A stretch of DNA of 63,875 nt, the filler included, from Octopus bimaculoides (Eukaryota): assembly GCF_001194135.2 (NCBI RefSeq). It is 6 parts of 5 records of this genome, joined end to end, with 100 filler letters (N's around TTAATTAATTAA, not from the genome) between each part and the next. Parts side by side here need not be neighbours in the genome. Positions count along the whole stretch, not along the records: positions 1 to 20,225 come from NC_068982.1; positions 20,326 to 47,339 come from NC_068985.1; 4 more parts are not named here. One strand, 5' to 3'. The notes beneath the pieces are model-generated. The model ran no database searches, was not told where the DNA came from, and saw only the letters and a list, made by a program, of their open reading frames with translations. Made by a program: the position numbers and the translations under genes. This document shows, in pieces, positions 11,332-24,193 of this stretch (within the stretch, counting starts at the first letter, position 1; the number at the start of each line of letters is the position of its first letter).

Positions 11332-12745
11332 ATGTATGTATGTAGCCGCCCACGCTGCCGCACTTGCTCTTACCTTTCCACCACCACCCTCCTCACCGGC
11401 ACCCATCATCGACCCTACCATATCACCGACTCCTTCACCTGCACTTCTAGCAATGTCATCTACTGCATCTCCTGCTCTCTCTGCCCTTCTCTATACATCG
11501 GGCAAACGGGACGCCGCTTGGCTGACCGGTTCGCGGAACACCTCCGAGAAATCCGACTAGGCAATGATACCCTGGTCTCGCACCATTTCCGCTCTACCGG
11601 TCACTCTTTGCAACACCTGTCTGTATTCGGATTGTCCTTGCACAGGGGCCATCCGGATTCCCATCTTCGCCGTGAATAGGGACCAATCTTCTCTCTTCGC
11701 TCCTTTGCGTNNNNNNNNNNNNNNNNNNNNNNNNNNNNNNNNNNNNNNNNNNNNNNNNNNNNNNNNNNNNNNNNNNNNNNNNNNNNNNNNNNNNNNNNNN
11801 NNNNNNNNNNNNNNNNNNNNNNNNNNNNNNNNNNNNNNNNNNNNNNNNNNNNNNNNNNNNNNNNNNNNNNNNNNNNNNNNNNNNNNNNNNNNNNNNNNNN
11901 NNNNNNNNNNNNNNNNNNNNNNNNNNNNNNNNNNNNNNNNNNNNNNNNNNNNNNNNNNNNNNNNNNNNNNNNNNNNNNNNNNNNNNNNNNNNNNNNNNNN
12001 NNNNNNNNNNNNNNNNNNNNNNNNNNNNNNNNNNNNNNNNNNNNNNNNNNNNNNNNNNNNNNNNNNNNNNNNNNNNNNNNNNNNNNNNNNNNNNNNNNNN
12101 NNNNNNNNNNNNNNNNNNNNNNNNNNNNNNNNNNNNNNNNNNNNNNNNNNNNNNNNTACACCCACTCTCACATACCCCCACCTCTACCTCACCTTCAGCT
12201 TAACCCACACCGCACCCTCAGCTTAACCCACACCGCACCCTCAGATTAACACCCACCCTTGCTTTCCCCCACATCCCAACACCACCACACCACACACTAC
12301 AATACCACACAACACCACATTACATCACTCCACCACGTACACACTAGCACTGACCACTTCCCAGTACCAACACCATCATATACCTACACATGCACACACG
12401 CACACGTCAAGGTCACCAGCCCTCTTCCACATGCACATACATGCTCTTTTATACACACCCATACGCACCTTCGTTTTGGGATCACCACTACTTTATTATC
12501 TCCCCTTCTTCCTAGCTCTCCTGTGTGACCCTTCTGTCCAGCATTTGCCATAATAGATCGCTAGCCACTACAAATTCTTTATTTTCTCTCCCTGTTTCTT
12601 TCTGTGTTCCTTTCTGTGGAAGAGTGTAGGCTCGAAACATTAAAGACTTTTTCACTTCCCGAGCGTTAAACTAATAGATCTGTTTGTTGTCTACACCACC
12701 TGTCTTTTGTTTTTTTTTGTGAATTCTCCCCTATATATATATAGT
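11332..12745 (+). mobile_element. 5'-truncated Penelope-like retroelement: GIY-YIG endonuclease plus 3' terminal repeat (interrupted by an N gap)
   Basis: ORF 11332..11679 reads CSRPRCRTC...FTCTSSNVIYCISCSLCPSLYIGQTGRRLADRFAEH, the PLE-type GIY-YIG with CCHH features, with a premature stop near its end. The tail 12170-12745 carries a hammerhead-like motif. Confidence 0.9.
12610..12645 (+). ncRNA. Minimal hammerhead motif, variant core CUGUGGA, degenerate copy (GAAACAUU)
   Basis: CUUU-CUGUGGA-A-GAGU(GUAG)GCUC-GAAA-CAUU/AAAG, downstream of the GIY-YIG ORF. Confidence 0.5.
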
Positions 12746-14512
12746 TTCTCTGTGTCTGAATATATAAGGAGGAGTGGGTAAAATATATAGGTTAACATGT
12801 AGTTTAAGGGTTAAAAAAACAAAAAAATAAATTGACTGGAAATGACGATGGTGAAATTCCAAACTTTCATGTAAACAATCTGTGTGACATAACCAATGTG
12901 TAGAAGGTGAATGGACGGAAATAGTTTTCGCTGTACAGCTAAGTCGGCTGCAGGATTATTGCTTTGCTTACGTGTAACTGTAGTGGCTATCATGCAGTGG
13001 CTATCATGCAGTGGCTATCATGTGGTGGCTATTGACATACAAGCTATCAAATTGCTTTCTCATTGTGTCTGTTGGAACGAGGGAGTTCTATTAATAAACT
13101 CAATGGATTTCATCAATTTATTTTATGTTCTCTGTATGTGTCTGTTTTATATTCTCTGTATGTATCCGTTGCTGGGTATAAGTACGTTGGAATGAGGGAG
13201 TTCTGTTAATAAACTTAAGGGATTTCACCAATTCCTTTTAAGTTCACTGTATGAAATTATGGGATGTCATCGTCGTCATTTTCGGTTACTTTTCTTTCAT
13301 TTTAAAAAAAAAATCCATAAACTGCATGTTAATCAAAGTATATACTCATTGACAAACAATTGCTGAGAGATCCATGCGCCAAACGAAAATTAGGTATTAT
13401 AGAGCAGAAAGTAAGCATTTTCTGCTCTATAAAGTTCCTTCTTGGTTGTGTACCAAGCACAAATGAACCCACCACACTGGAATACTGCTACCACATCTGT
13501 TTCTACGCATACCATCAACAAAGACGGCATCTAAAAGAAAGCCAAACGGTTGATATCAAAGACGCACTTGCCAATCTTTTAACATTAAGTTTCTATCAGA
13601 AGGTTTTGACCTCATCCTGAGGATATATTTTTAACCCTAGGACTTATCAGCAGACATAAATATCCTCTCGCACTCCTTCACCTTTGATTCAGCGGCACAT
13701 TTTATGATGTGACAGCTGGAGAGCGAGAGAGGGGTGGAAGAGGAGAGAGGGGGGAAGATAGGAGGAGAGAGAGCTCCACCAGTAACCGGGTGGTACTCAT
13801 TTACCGCTGCAAAAACGTGTCTTGCTCAACGACATATGTTGTCCGGTCCAAAAATTGAACGCACGACCTAATGATTGTGATCCAAACACCCGAACCTCTA
13901 GGTCTTGTGTTATAATGTTTCACAATACGTACTTGACCCATAGTCCCATGAATACAAAATCTATTCAATGTTTTGAACAATAAGGGGTTGTAATACAAAT
14001 TGTAAACTTGGTATTGTTTTGTCAGAGTATAAACGTCATGTACAGTTGTGGAGATGAGGCGCTGATCGGAGGGAATTGTCTTGTATACAATTGTAGAGAA
14101 GACAGTATCTGCGGCTTTTTACCCTGATTATATGTTGTTCATTATAACTATTGATATCTATCTAATAGATTAAGTAGCATAACAAATCCTCGATGATAAC
14201 ATAGAAACAGATTTTCCGCAATAGAAAAATCCCGAGACTTACGTTAAAAATGTTCTTTAAAGGAAGTTAACTGAATCATTGATTATAGAAATCTTTCTTG
14301 CAGAAAAATTCTTTAAAAAGGGGCAACCTATTATGCTAATTACGGCCAATAGAAAACACTTAAGATAAAATATATTTTAATATCATGGAGGGTTCTTGAG
14401 ACAGAAAAAACAATAAACTTTGTCCTTTGTTAACGACTGATTTCTATTCTACTATCAACACAAATACAAAGACAAATATACACATTATACTTATAAAGCT
14501 ATGCATGTGTGT

Positions 14513-14551
<39 letters not shown>

Positions 14552-15284
14552 TGTTTGTGCATGTGTGTGTGTGTGTGTACGTGTGCGTGTGTGCGTGTAT
14601 ATATGTATATGTATATGATATATGTAAATATAGGCCAGCTCACCCAAGGCTTTCTATTGTTGCCAATATAATGTTTCGTACATTGATAAACTACGGCCAT
14701 TTAATCGGTCAGAGCTGTCAGTGACTCGACTACTTATGCTGGTTTATTATGTAAATAATAGAAGCAAAACAATAGCAACTAATTGAAAACACTTAATGAC
14801 AACTGTTTGAAGAAATAAAGGCCATCCCTTTTGTTGCTAGTTTGTAAAATATATGAATAAGTGGTGTTTATTGGTGACAATGCACTGTAAAATAATTCTT
14901 TATTAAAACACGTTGTAGCAACTACAAAGATCTTTCTAATATATGCAATCACCCATAGTAATAATTGACTTTTATATGAAGATATGCCTTTTACTGTTAA
15001 CCTTTTACTTCTTTCAATCATTAGATTGTGTAGCCATTCTGGGGTACCACCGTAAAAAATTTAATCAAACAAATCGGCACCAATACTTTTTCTTTTAAAG
15101 TCTATATTTATTCTATCGATCTCTCTTACCAAAAACCACTCAGTTCTCTCTTACCAAAAACCACTCAATTACGGGGGACGTAAACAAACCAACACCGGTT
15201 GTTAAGCGATGGAGGGCATATACGCAAACACAAAGATACAACACACACATATATGGCAAAAAACAAAAAAACAAAAAACAAAAA

Positions 15285-15570
15285 CGCACAATCCTACAGC
15301 ATGACAATGTCCCAGCACACACTGTCAATGTGACCAAGCGCGCTGCCTCACCCTACCTAGTGTCCAGACTTGCGCTATCAGGTTACCACATTTCCTGTGC
15401 CATGGCTCATTTCCTACACGGATGGAAGTTCAACAATGTAGATGAGGGTGAAAAGGATGCAGGGAGATTTTTGTCTCTAAACCAGCCAAATGGTATAAGC
15501 TTGGAACTGAGCTTCTGACACAACGATGGCAACAAGACAATAAGATATGATGGGATATATATTTCCGTAT
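15285..15570 (+). mobile_element. Decayed mariner transposase C-terminal fragment
   Basis: ILQHDNVPAHT...YLVSRLALSGYHI..AMAHFLHGWKFNNVDE resembles mariner HDNARPH...YSPDLAPSDYHLF..M.HFL.G..F. Confidence 0.7.
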
Positions 15571-16106
15571 GTAATTTGAACTATTAATTAAAGCTTGAAA
15601 TACGACAACTTTTAACTCAGCCTGATGGAGATAGATTAGAGTGAATACACAAAAGTTAAGATTAACTCTTCCCATTAAGTTAATAAAGTAGTAAAAAAAA
15701 TGACAGATTCGCCAGAGTACAAAACAATGCCCAATTTAGTGGTATTATTAGATATGGAGTGAATGAGTTCTATGGTACTCTTTGCAAGATAAATTGCTTT
15801 GATTGCCACTTTTCAATAAAAACATAATTCAACAGTCCGTTTCAACGTAATTTGTTTATTGTGGTTTATAGTATGTCCTACGTTCTTGTAACTTTTTACT
15901 TTATTCACTTACTGGGGTGGGGGAAAGTTAATCCTAAATTTTGCCTGTTCATTTTGATCTATCTCCATTACTCTCATCTGTTGGCAAACAGTATCACAAT
16001 ATAACAGANNNNNNNNNNTGATCTATCTCCATTACTCTCATCTGTTGGCAAACAGTATCACAATATAACAGAACGTTCAGTGTCCAAAAATTAGATGAAT
16101 AGCACC

Positions 16107-16107
16107 C

Positions 16108-16201
<94 letters not shown>
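16107..16201. repeat. (TATC)n microsatellite
   Basis: Seen directly. Confidence 0.95.
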
Positions 16202-16271
16202 TTTCTTGCCTATCTACCTAATTACCTAAATCTGCCAGAATATGCTAGGGATTCATATACTCATAGGGTCA

Positions 16272-16498
16272 CGCATGACTGTGTGATAAGAAGATTGCTT
16301 TTCAACAATTGCATAGTTCCAGGTTCAGTCCCACTGATTGGCACCTTGGGCAAGTGTCTTCTACTATAGCCTTGGACCAACCAAAGCCTTTGAATGGATT
16401 TGGTAGAAGGAAACTGAAAGATGCCCGTTGCTTGTCTACATACATACATACATACATACATACATACATGCGTATATATANNNNNNNNNNNNNNNNNN

Positions 16499-16537
<39 letters not shown>

Positions 16538-16776
16538 TATATATGTGTGTATGTGCGTGTGTCTGCGTTCGTCCCCCACCACCTCTTGACAATTGGTGTG
16601 AATATGTCCCCGTAACCTACCAGTTCGGCAAAGGCAACCGATAGAATAAGTACGAGGGTTAAAAAATGAAAAATAATTATTGGGATCGATTCATTCGACT
16701 GAAAGTTCCTCAAGGTAGTGCCCCAGCATGGCCGCAGTGTAATAACTAAAACAAGTAAACTGTAAAAGATAAAAGA
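16272..16776 (+). mobile_element. SINE family A copy, full length
   Basis: Head, (TACA)n/(TA)n core and a tail ending in aaaagataaaaga. Confidence 0.8.
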
Positions 16777-17116
16777 TTATAATTGTTTTGATTCTCGCTA
16801 TTTTATGTGCTGATGATTATTTTATTGTCGACTTGCAAATATAAGTAGATATGCATTCTATAAACAAGAACAACCATTCTTGGTTAAATTTAGAGATTTG
16901 GGGATAAGTTTGACTGAAGAGACACAATCATGTTGAAACACCAGGTATTCAGAGTCCTCTTATGTCACTGAATCGTGTGTATTGTCAACACACGTTGTCT
17001 ACGGTGATATAACAGCTATAATATAACATGATATAATATATATAACAGTGATTAACATATTCTCGTTGGAATATGATGAAACATGTTAAGAATGAATATA
17101 TGGATTATACACATTA

Positions 17117-17182
17117 ATGTGTGCGTGTGTGTGTGTGTGTGTATGTGTGTGTGTGTGTGTGTGTGTCTGTCTGTCTGTCTGC

Positions 17183-17232
<50 letters not shown>

Positions 17233-17234
17233 CT

Positions 17235-17273
<39 letters not shown>

Positions 17274-17300
17274 GATAATCTCTCACACATATAATACACA

Positions 17301-17366
<66 letters not shown>

Positions 17367-17375
17367 GGCATGAAT

Positions 17376-17438
<63 letters not shown>

Positions 17439-17600
17439 GTGTGTTTGTATGTATGTGTGCGTATGTATTATTTATATTTATGTATTTGTTACATCTGTTT
17501 ATATACGCTCACACACACACGAATATATATATAAATATATGTATATGTATGTTTGTGTGTGTGTGTGTGTGTGTGTATGTATATTCTTTTATATGTGCAT
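17117..17600. repeat. Compound (TG)n(TCTG)n(TCTA)n(TA)n(TG)n array
   Basis: Seen directly. Confidence 0.92.
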
Positions 17601-19064
17601 GCATAGCTAGAGAAATCATATCTTCAATTGTTACAAATCCCATCTCATGTTATATACCATTTAATATGACATAACTCAATGCTCTCCTTCCTGCCAACCC
17701 AGAACTGAGTGGAAAGAACAGAACTGTTTGACAAGAGAAAAATGATACGCGTTTGCCATTTGGTGTATGAACACAGTTGTTGGAATGCCAATCTATAAAG
17801 GAATTTCTCGTCATGAGAGCCGTCTCGCTGTTACTAGTATTTTAACATTGTTTGGTGTTTAATCGCTGCCGTTCCTTGGACGGCCACCACCGTATCTATT
17901 ATGCATCACAAACGTTTGAAGCATAGTTGAGGTGTTTGCATTTTATTGTAAGTGTTCGATTTATATTTTCTTCATCATGAAAGCAGAGATGCACAGCTTC
18001 TCTTAGTTGATACGCTATTGTCAGAATGATGTTAAATTGAATGGAACATGTTGCATATCTCGTCACTGATGTAACAGTTGTATCTGTGATGATGACAGTT
18101 TATATCTGACACACTTTCAGACTAGCTATAAATTTGTTGCAATTAGCCAGCCATACGGTACCAAATAATTAACGTTTGTTTTATAAATTTAGCAAATGGG
18201 GTTCAGTCAAATTTTTCTCGGGAAATATGTAATATTTTATCATTTTGCTTTGCATAGCGATACTAACAACCCGTTGTTAGAACTCACTGTACCCACGCTT
18301 TAGAATAGAGCGTGAGAATCATTAGTGCATCTGACAAAATGTTTACGTTCTGTGATCAAATTCCACCGAGGTTGACTCTGCCTTTTATCGATTTGGGGTC
18401 GATAAAATACGTACGAGTCAAGTACTGGCATCGATGTAATCGGCTTACCCTCAACCCTCAAAAATTGCTTAGTTAAAACAAGATGTTTAAGACGTTAGGG
18501 TGTGATTTGAAGGAGATTTAACAGCGGTCGAGAGGCTGCGTAGAGTGGCTCATTCATAAAGTCAATTGTCATATATAAGTTAGTTGTTTTAAGTAAGTCA
18601 GTTGTTGAAAGTGAGAATATGGTTGACTGAATCACCCGTTTACACTAATGCTAACTATCTTATGTGAACGTGCTTGTCTTTGGGGCCAGGGTGTTGGGTT
18701 CACGATCATCAAATCGCTAATTCGATTCCTGATGCAGGACGTACACAGTGGTCTTGAGTAAGGCACTTCATTTTGCATTGCTTCAGCCTATTCAGCTGAA
18801 GGTGAGTATCAGCCAAGTGCTGGTGTATTTCTCTCACCATGCAGCTGTACCGTCTTGGATTTTCTACTGGTCAAAAGGTGGAAGGAAGTCTATGTTTGTG
18901 CGAGACTACATAGCGGCTGAAGAACAATTAGCGGAGGCATGGTACATGTCAACAAGCCATACACGTTCGCAATTGACGGTTAAGCCTTTTTAAAATTTCT
19001 GTTTTATCTATTTATGATTAGGTGAAAGCATAATCGAGTCTGAATGAAATTTAAACTTAGGACG

Positions 19065-19088
19065 AAGAGAGAAAGAGAGGGAGGGAAG

Positions 19089-19170
<82 letters not shown>

Positions 19171-19265
19171 GAGAGAGACAGAGAGAGAGAGAGGGAGGGA
19201 GGAAAGACAGATAATGGGAGAAAGTGAGGAAAGAGAGGAGAGAAGAAAGATAGAGGAAAAAGCAA

Positions 19266-19333
<68 letters not shown>

Positions 19334-19460
19334 GAAAGAGATAAAAGATAGAGGAAGGAGGGAGAGGAGAGAGAGATAGAGAGAATGAGAGAGAACCGAT
19401 AGAGGAAGAAGGGAGAGGAGAGAGAGAGAGAGAGAGAGAAGAAAGAGAGAGGAAAGAGAT
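19065..19460. repeat. (GA)n polypurine tract
   Basis: Seen directly. Similar tracts lie at 1-90, 8070-8285, 33030-33440, 53760-54020 and 62750-63420. Confidence 0.92.
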
Positions 19461-20108
19461 ATTGAAAGAAATTAAATACTGAATTCCTTTCATCCGGTCC
19501 TCTATCCCCTCTGCCGACTTCAAGGAATATAAATCTTTATTAAAAATTTGATATATAGCAATGAATTAAAAGAACAGAGTTACTACCATTTTAAGAAATT
19601 AATTACAGTATTTTATTTTGTATTAGCCTTTTCGTTCAGTTTGTTCAAATCGTACTGCAGTTCAAACCGTACAAGATTGTCACGTGGAGCGTAAATTCCC
19701 CATGCCAATCTCAACAGTTTCATTAGATTTCGGACGTTGCCCCGAACAAAGTTGCCTTTTATCCATCAGGGGTCCATAAAATAAGTGATATACCACTCTC
19801 CATTTAGTCTAATATATTTCTTTCCTGAGAAAGTTAATCTGGTGCAGCACAGAGGCAGGAATTTTCTTTTTTTAATTTGATAAATGAATAAGAAATCAGG
19901 TTGTGTAACGTTCTGGCTAAGGTCAGTGGTTTAGAAAAGAGTCATGACGGGGGTGGGGGTACATGCGTAGGGACTCCTTTTGCTTTCACCTTTCTTTCCT
20001 CTTTCTTCTCTCACGAAAGAATATAGAAAACACATATACCTGCTATTATTGAAACACCTCTCTTTCTCTGTCATTCTATCTCTCGCTCTCAATGTGTGCT
20101 TGTATGTC

Positions 20109-20151
<43 letters not shown>

Positions 20152-20225
20152 TACTCTACCTCTGGTATTTGAGTACTCTTTTTTCCACCTTGTTGCACAT
20201 TTTATGTGCTTACTCCGGTATATAT

Positions 20226-20325
20226 NNNNNNNNNNNNNNNNNNNNNNNNNNNNNNNNNNNNNNNNNNNNTTAATTAATTAANNNNNNNNNNNNNNNNNNN
20301 NNNNNNNNNNNNNNNNNNNNNNNNN
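20226..20325. other. Artificial scaffold spacer: 44 N + TTAATTAATTAA + 44 N
   Basis: Exactly 100 bp; the 12-mer gives stops in all six frames. Identical spacers lie at 47340-47439, 54030-54129, 59490-59589 and 62248-62347. Confidence 0.97.
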
Positions 20326-20642
20326 GTGCGGGTGGCACATGAGATGCACCATTTTGAGCGTGGCCGTTGCCAGTACCGCCTGACTGGCTCCTGTAGGATT
20401 TTCGAGCGAGATCGTTGCCAGTGCCCCTGGACTGGCTTGTGCGGGTGGCACATAAAAGACACCATTTCGAGCGTGGCCGTTTTCGTGCGGGTGACACGTA
20501 AAAGCACCCACTACACTCTCTGAGGGGCATCCAGCTGTAGAAACTCTGCCAAATCAGACTGGAGCCTGGTGTTGCCATCCGGTTTCACCAGTCCTCAGTC
20601 AAATCGTCCAACCCATGCTAGCATGGAAAGCAGACGTTAAAC

Positions 20643-20670
<28 letters not shown>
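20326..20670 (+). mobile_element. Young copy of the same RTE-like 3' end, cut by the spacer gap
   Basis: Near-identical to 43515-43866 apart from a short deletion (tggttggcgttaggaa region) and substitutions. Confidence 0.75.
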
Positions 20671-20673
<3 letters not shown>

Positions 20674-21686
20674 CGATAATGAACAACTAACTCGGAGAAA
20701 CTGAAGTTCTAATCTACCGCAGGTATTTTATTGTATAGTTGAGCAGTGCAGGGATCTTTTCCTGTTGGCCTTTTGAAGACAGACATTGTCCAAAGCCCTC
20801 TCAAGCCCACCTAAATAGCTAAAGCTCATTTCTATCTGAGCTGAAATGGATAACAGTTAATTGAAGTTTAGATAGGATACTGATCTATCACAAGTAACTG
20901 TTCCCATTGAAGGAATTAAACTGAGTACTGCAAGTTAACAAAATAATCACAAATTCCAGTGTTACAACTCATTACAACAGTGAATTGTATGATCCCTAGA
21001 TAACTATGGACACAATGCAGAATTGGTAACAAGGAAAGAGCAATCAATTTCACTGTCCAGTGACCCATTTAGTTTTTTCTGTCAATTCTACATGTTGAGA
21101 GATGGGGAAATATTAGTAGAAAGTGAACTCAGATTTTCAAGAAACAAAGACTGGACAATACCACAAATAGGAATAACGAAAGAAAGTGATGCATAGAATG
21201 TTGGGATGGTAGTTCAAGCAAACCATTATAATAGATTAGTTATAGCTATTTTATAATAGACTAGTAGTAGTAATAGAAGAGATAGAGTTTAGCAGTGGAT
21301 ATTGGTAGTAAATGGTCGATAGATAATGATGATCAGTATGACAAATAACAGTAGAAAATGAACCAAGTTATTTTTCAATGAAACCCGAACAGAACCATCA
21401 GATGACTCTGATGGTTTCATTCAAACTTAAAACACTATATATAGTTCTAGCTTGTCTGAAGCACGAGCTGGAAAGATTAATTAAATAAAAATAGAGGAAA
21501 GATGTAAAAGAGAAGGAAGTGGACTAACTATTTAGAAATTGACTTGAATTTGAATTAAATTTGCTTGAGTCAATTTCTTCTGATTAATGAGAAATATACA
21601 ACCTCACTTCCACTGATTATGATAAATTACACATCCTCAGAAAAAGAAAAAGAGAGAAGAATAAAAGAGAAAATGCTGAGTCTCAC

Positions 21687-21951
21687 CTTAACATGACAGG
21701 AGGGTCTATACAGCCAGCATCACAGGCATAGTAAGGCCGATTATTTCTGTCTAAGGAGACAAACAAGTTAGCCTTGTTGTCTTCTCCAACAATCACAGAT
21801 ATATTCAAATGGGTATTGTTACCATAGTTTATACGTCGGAAAAAGAAGTCTCGGTGCAAGTCTTTTGGTTGTAGAGTGAGCTCTAAGTGGTGGTTAGTGA
21901 AATGCAAACCACCAATGCTAAGTACTAAAGCCTGAAGAACTCCCTCAGCAC
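21687..21951 (-). CDS. KIAA2013: KIAA2013 homolog, last exon found (265 nt, internal): (G)[24 protein letters not shown]...[15 protein letters not shown]
   Basis: Within ORF 21683..22084; acceptor ttgtcttttgaaacag, donor gtgaga. [18 protein letters not shown] and [12 protein letters not shown] match human GAPGILQGMVLSFGGLQF and YACKAGCLDEPV. Confidence 0.95.
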
Positions 21952-22751
21952 CTGTTTCAAAAGACAAATACAAACAATATAATCGACATAACAACAACAA
22001 TAACAATTTCAAGCACTGACACAATACCTGAAATTTGAAACAGGATACAATTGAATCTACCCAGCTACTTATTCTGTCAGCCAAAGAAGGACAAAAGGCA
22101 AAGTCAACCCCAACAAGATTTTAACTCCGAATTTATAAGAATGGGAATATATAATGTAAAAACATTTGGTCTAGAGATCAGAATCATCTTCATATAGTGA
22201 TCCACTTATGATATTGCCCATTGCCCTAATGTATATGATATCTTATCTATAAAAAAATACATCCTTGAGTATCCCTCCTCTCATTTCCATCATGAGCAAT
22301 GCATATGTAAGAAAAACTAGAACAGGGGCACAAAAAGCTATCAACTGTTCAATGACCTAGAAATACACTAATCTATAAAAATGGTCTGAGGCCTACAGAA
22401 CACCTCAGTGGTGGCCTATTTACAGGCTGTAGCACATCTTTTTGATGTTTAATATTTAAATAGTTTTATTAACAAAACAACAATAATAATATAGATTTCT
22501 AGTATGAAATTGTATAGTGGGGTATGTAGTTGACTGAACTGACTCCAGTATGGGACTGATATTTTTTTTTATATCACTCACAGAAGGACAAAAGCCAAAA
22601 TTCAACTTACTAATCTTTAAATTCAGAACACTGTGGAAAGGAACTAAATGTTAATGTCTGTGATATGGGTACAAGGTGGTTAATAAAGATGTGTAAGTTC
22701 AATTCCAACTCGAATACATGTAGATGTACACATATACAGAACATCTGATGA

Positions 22752-23190
22752 ATCATCATCATTTAATGTCCATTGTCCATGCTGGCATGGGTTGGACAAT
22801 TTGACCAGGGCTAGTAAGCTGGAAGGCTGCACTAGACACCAGTCTGATTTGGCATGGTTTTCTATGGTTGGATGCCCTTCCTAATGCCAACTACTCCAAG
22901 AGTGTAATGGGTTCTTTTACGTGTCACTGGCATGCATGCTACTTGCAGGACATCAGTATCTGCCACAACTATGATTTCACTTGGCTTGATGGGTCTTCTT
23001 CTCAAGCACAGCCTATTGACAAAGGTCTCAGTCATTTGTCATTGCTGTGAGGCCCAACACTCAAAAGGTGCTTTTTATGTGCCACCAGCACGGGTGCCAG
23101 TTATGTGACACCAGCATTAGCCACTTTGCCTCTGTGAGGCCCAATGCTTGAAAGGTGATTTTTATGTGCCACCAGCACAGGTGCCATGGC
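22752..23190 (-). mobile_element. Old, CpG-decayed copy of a related RTE-like tail with internal repeats
   Basis: catcatcatttaatgtcc...ggatgcccttcctaatgccaac..., with a duplicated gtgaggcccaa...aaggtg...tttatgtgccaccagcac unit. Similar relics lie near 28240, 29280, 30760, 43870 and 45420. Confidence 0.6.
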
Positions 23191-24193
23191 CACAACTACA
23201 ATTATCTCTAAATATCTGAAGTTCATTATCATTAATAAAAATATGTTTAAACTAATAACTTCATCTAAAGAAATCAAATATGTTGTAACTATTTACATCA
23301 ACACTACATGCATAAACATAAATGGCCTAGTACATAAGAATGTTATTCTATTAGAAACAAAAGGTCCTTGCTCAAAGCTAGTTTTGCATTATGTACATAT
23401 TCAAGAATAAAGTACTTGCTTATGAATGGAGATCAAACAAATTAAAACATAGTTTAAACATATATACATGTTTAAATTATGTTTTTTCGTTTAATCTCCA
23501 ATATTTCAGTGCTAAAATGAGATTAATAGTCAAAAAAATTATACTCTTATTAATAATAGCTCTTCTGAAGATGTAGGTATATAATCAGAAACTAAATACG
23601 ACTTGACATTATTTAGATGCTCTATCATGAAAGTCATTCCATCACCCTACTTCTAATAATGATAATAACAACAATGATTTCACACACAATCAACTTTAGA
23701 TCCTATAGCAGAAACAGCTGTAAGCTAATGAAGTTGATTACATAATTTCTGTTTATTTGTCATTTATTTATGTTACCCATCTTGAAGAATTTGTACCTGT
23801 GTTCCTTATCTGTGAAAAGCCTGGCTGAGGCATCCTTCCATCTTACATCTTGTACTCAACACACAACTATCTACTTGCTCTAGCATTTTTACAATCTCTC
23901 CAGACCTACCTTCCATTGACTAACATTGCTGGTTACAACTATGAGGTTTTGTAATTGATAGGGAGAGGAGAGCTGATAGGTAGGAGAAGTAGTAGTAATG
24001 CTACATGTTTAGTACAAAGACATTAATCAGTTCTGAATTAACAGAATGGCTATGTATTTCAAGCTGAGAAATTTCAATGTAATTTGTATCCTACTCCGAG
24101 TTTCTTAATAAATATAGTTATCAGATAAAATCTGAGTAATAGAAACTAAGTAAATTAGGCTGAATTGCAAACACACACACACACATATATATA

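Noticed and set aside
15955-16072. Exact 54-bp direct repeat around a short N gap
   Set aside because: Typical overlapping contig ends left unmerged; assembly artefact.
17640-18130. Complex unique-looking stretch as a possible terminal KIAA2013 exon or 3' UTR
   Set aside because: No frame with the expected C-terminal motifs, and it lies in a CpG-normal block beyond a spacer.
19008-19523. S/L-rich ORFs of 170-200 aa (also 62912..63514 and 33028-33454)
   Set aside because: Antisense translations of GA-rich polypurine tracts.
20326-20670. Possible segmental duplication or mis-assembly of 43515-43866
   Set aside because: The copies differ by a deletion and several substitutions and similarity ends at the (GAT)n tail; independent retroposon insertions.
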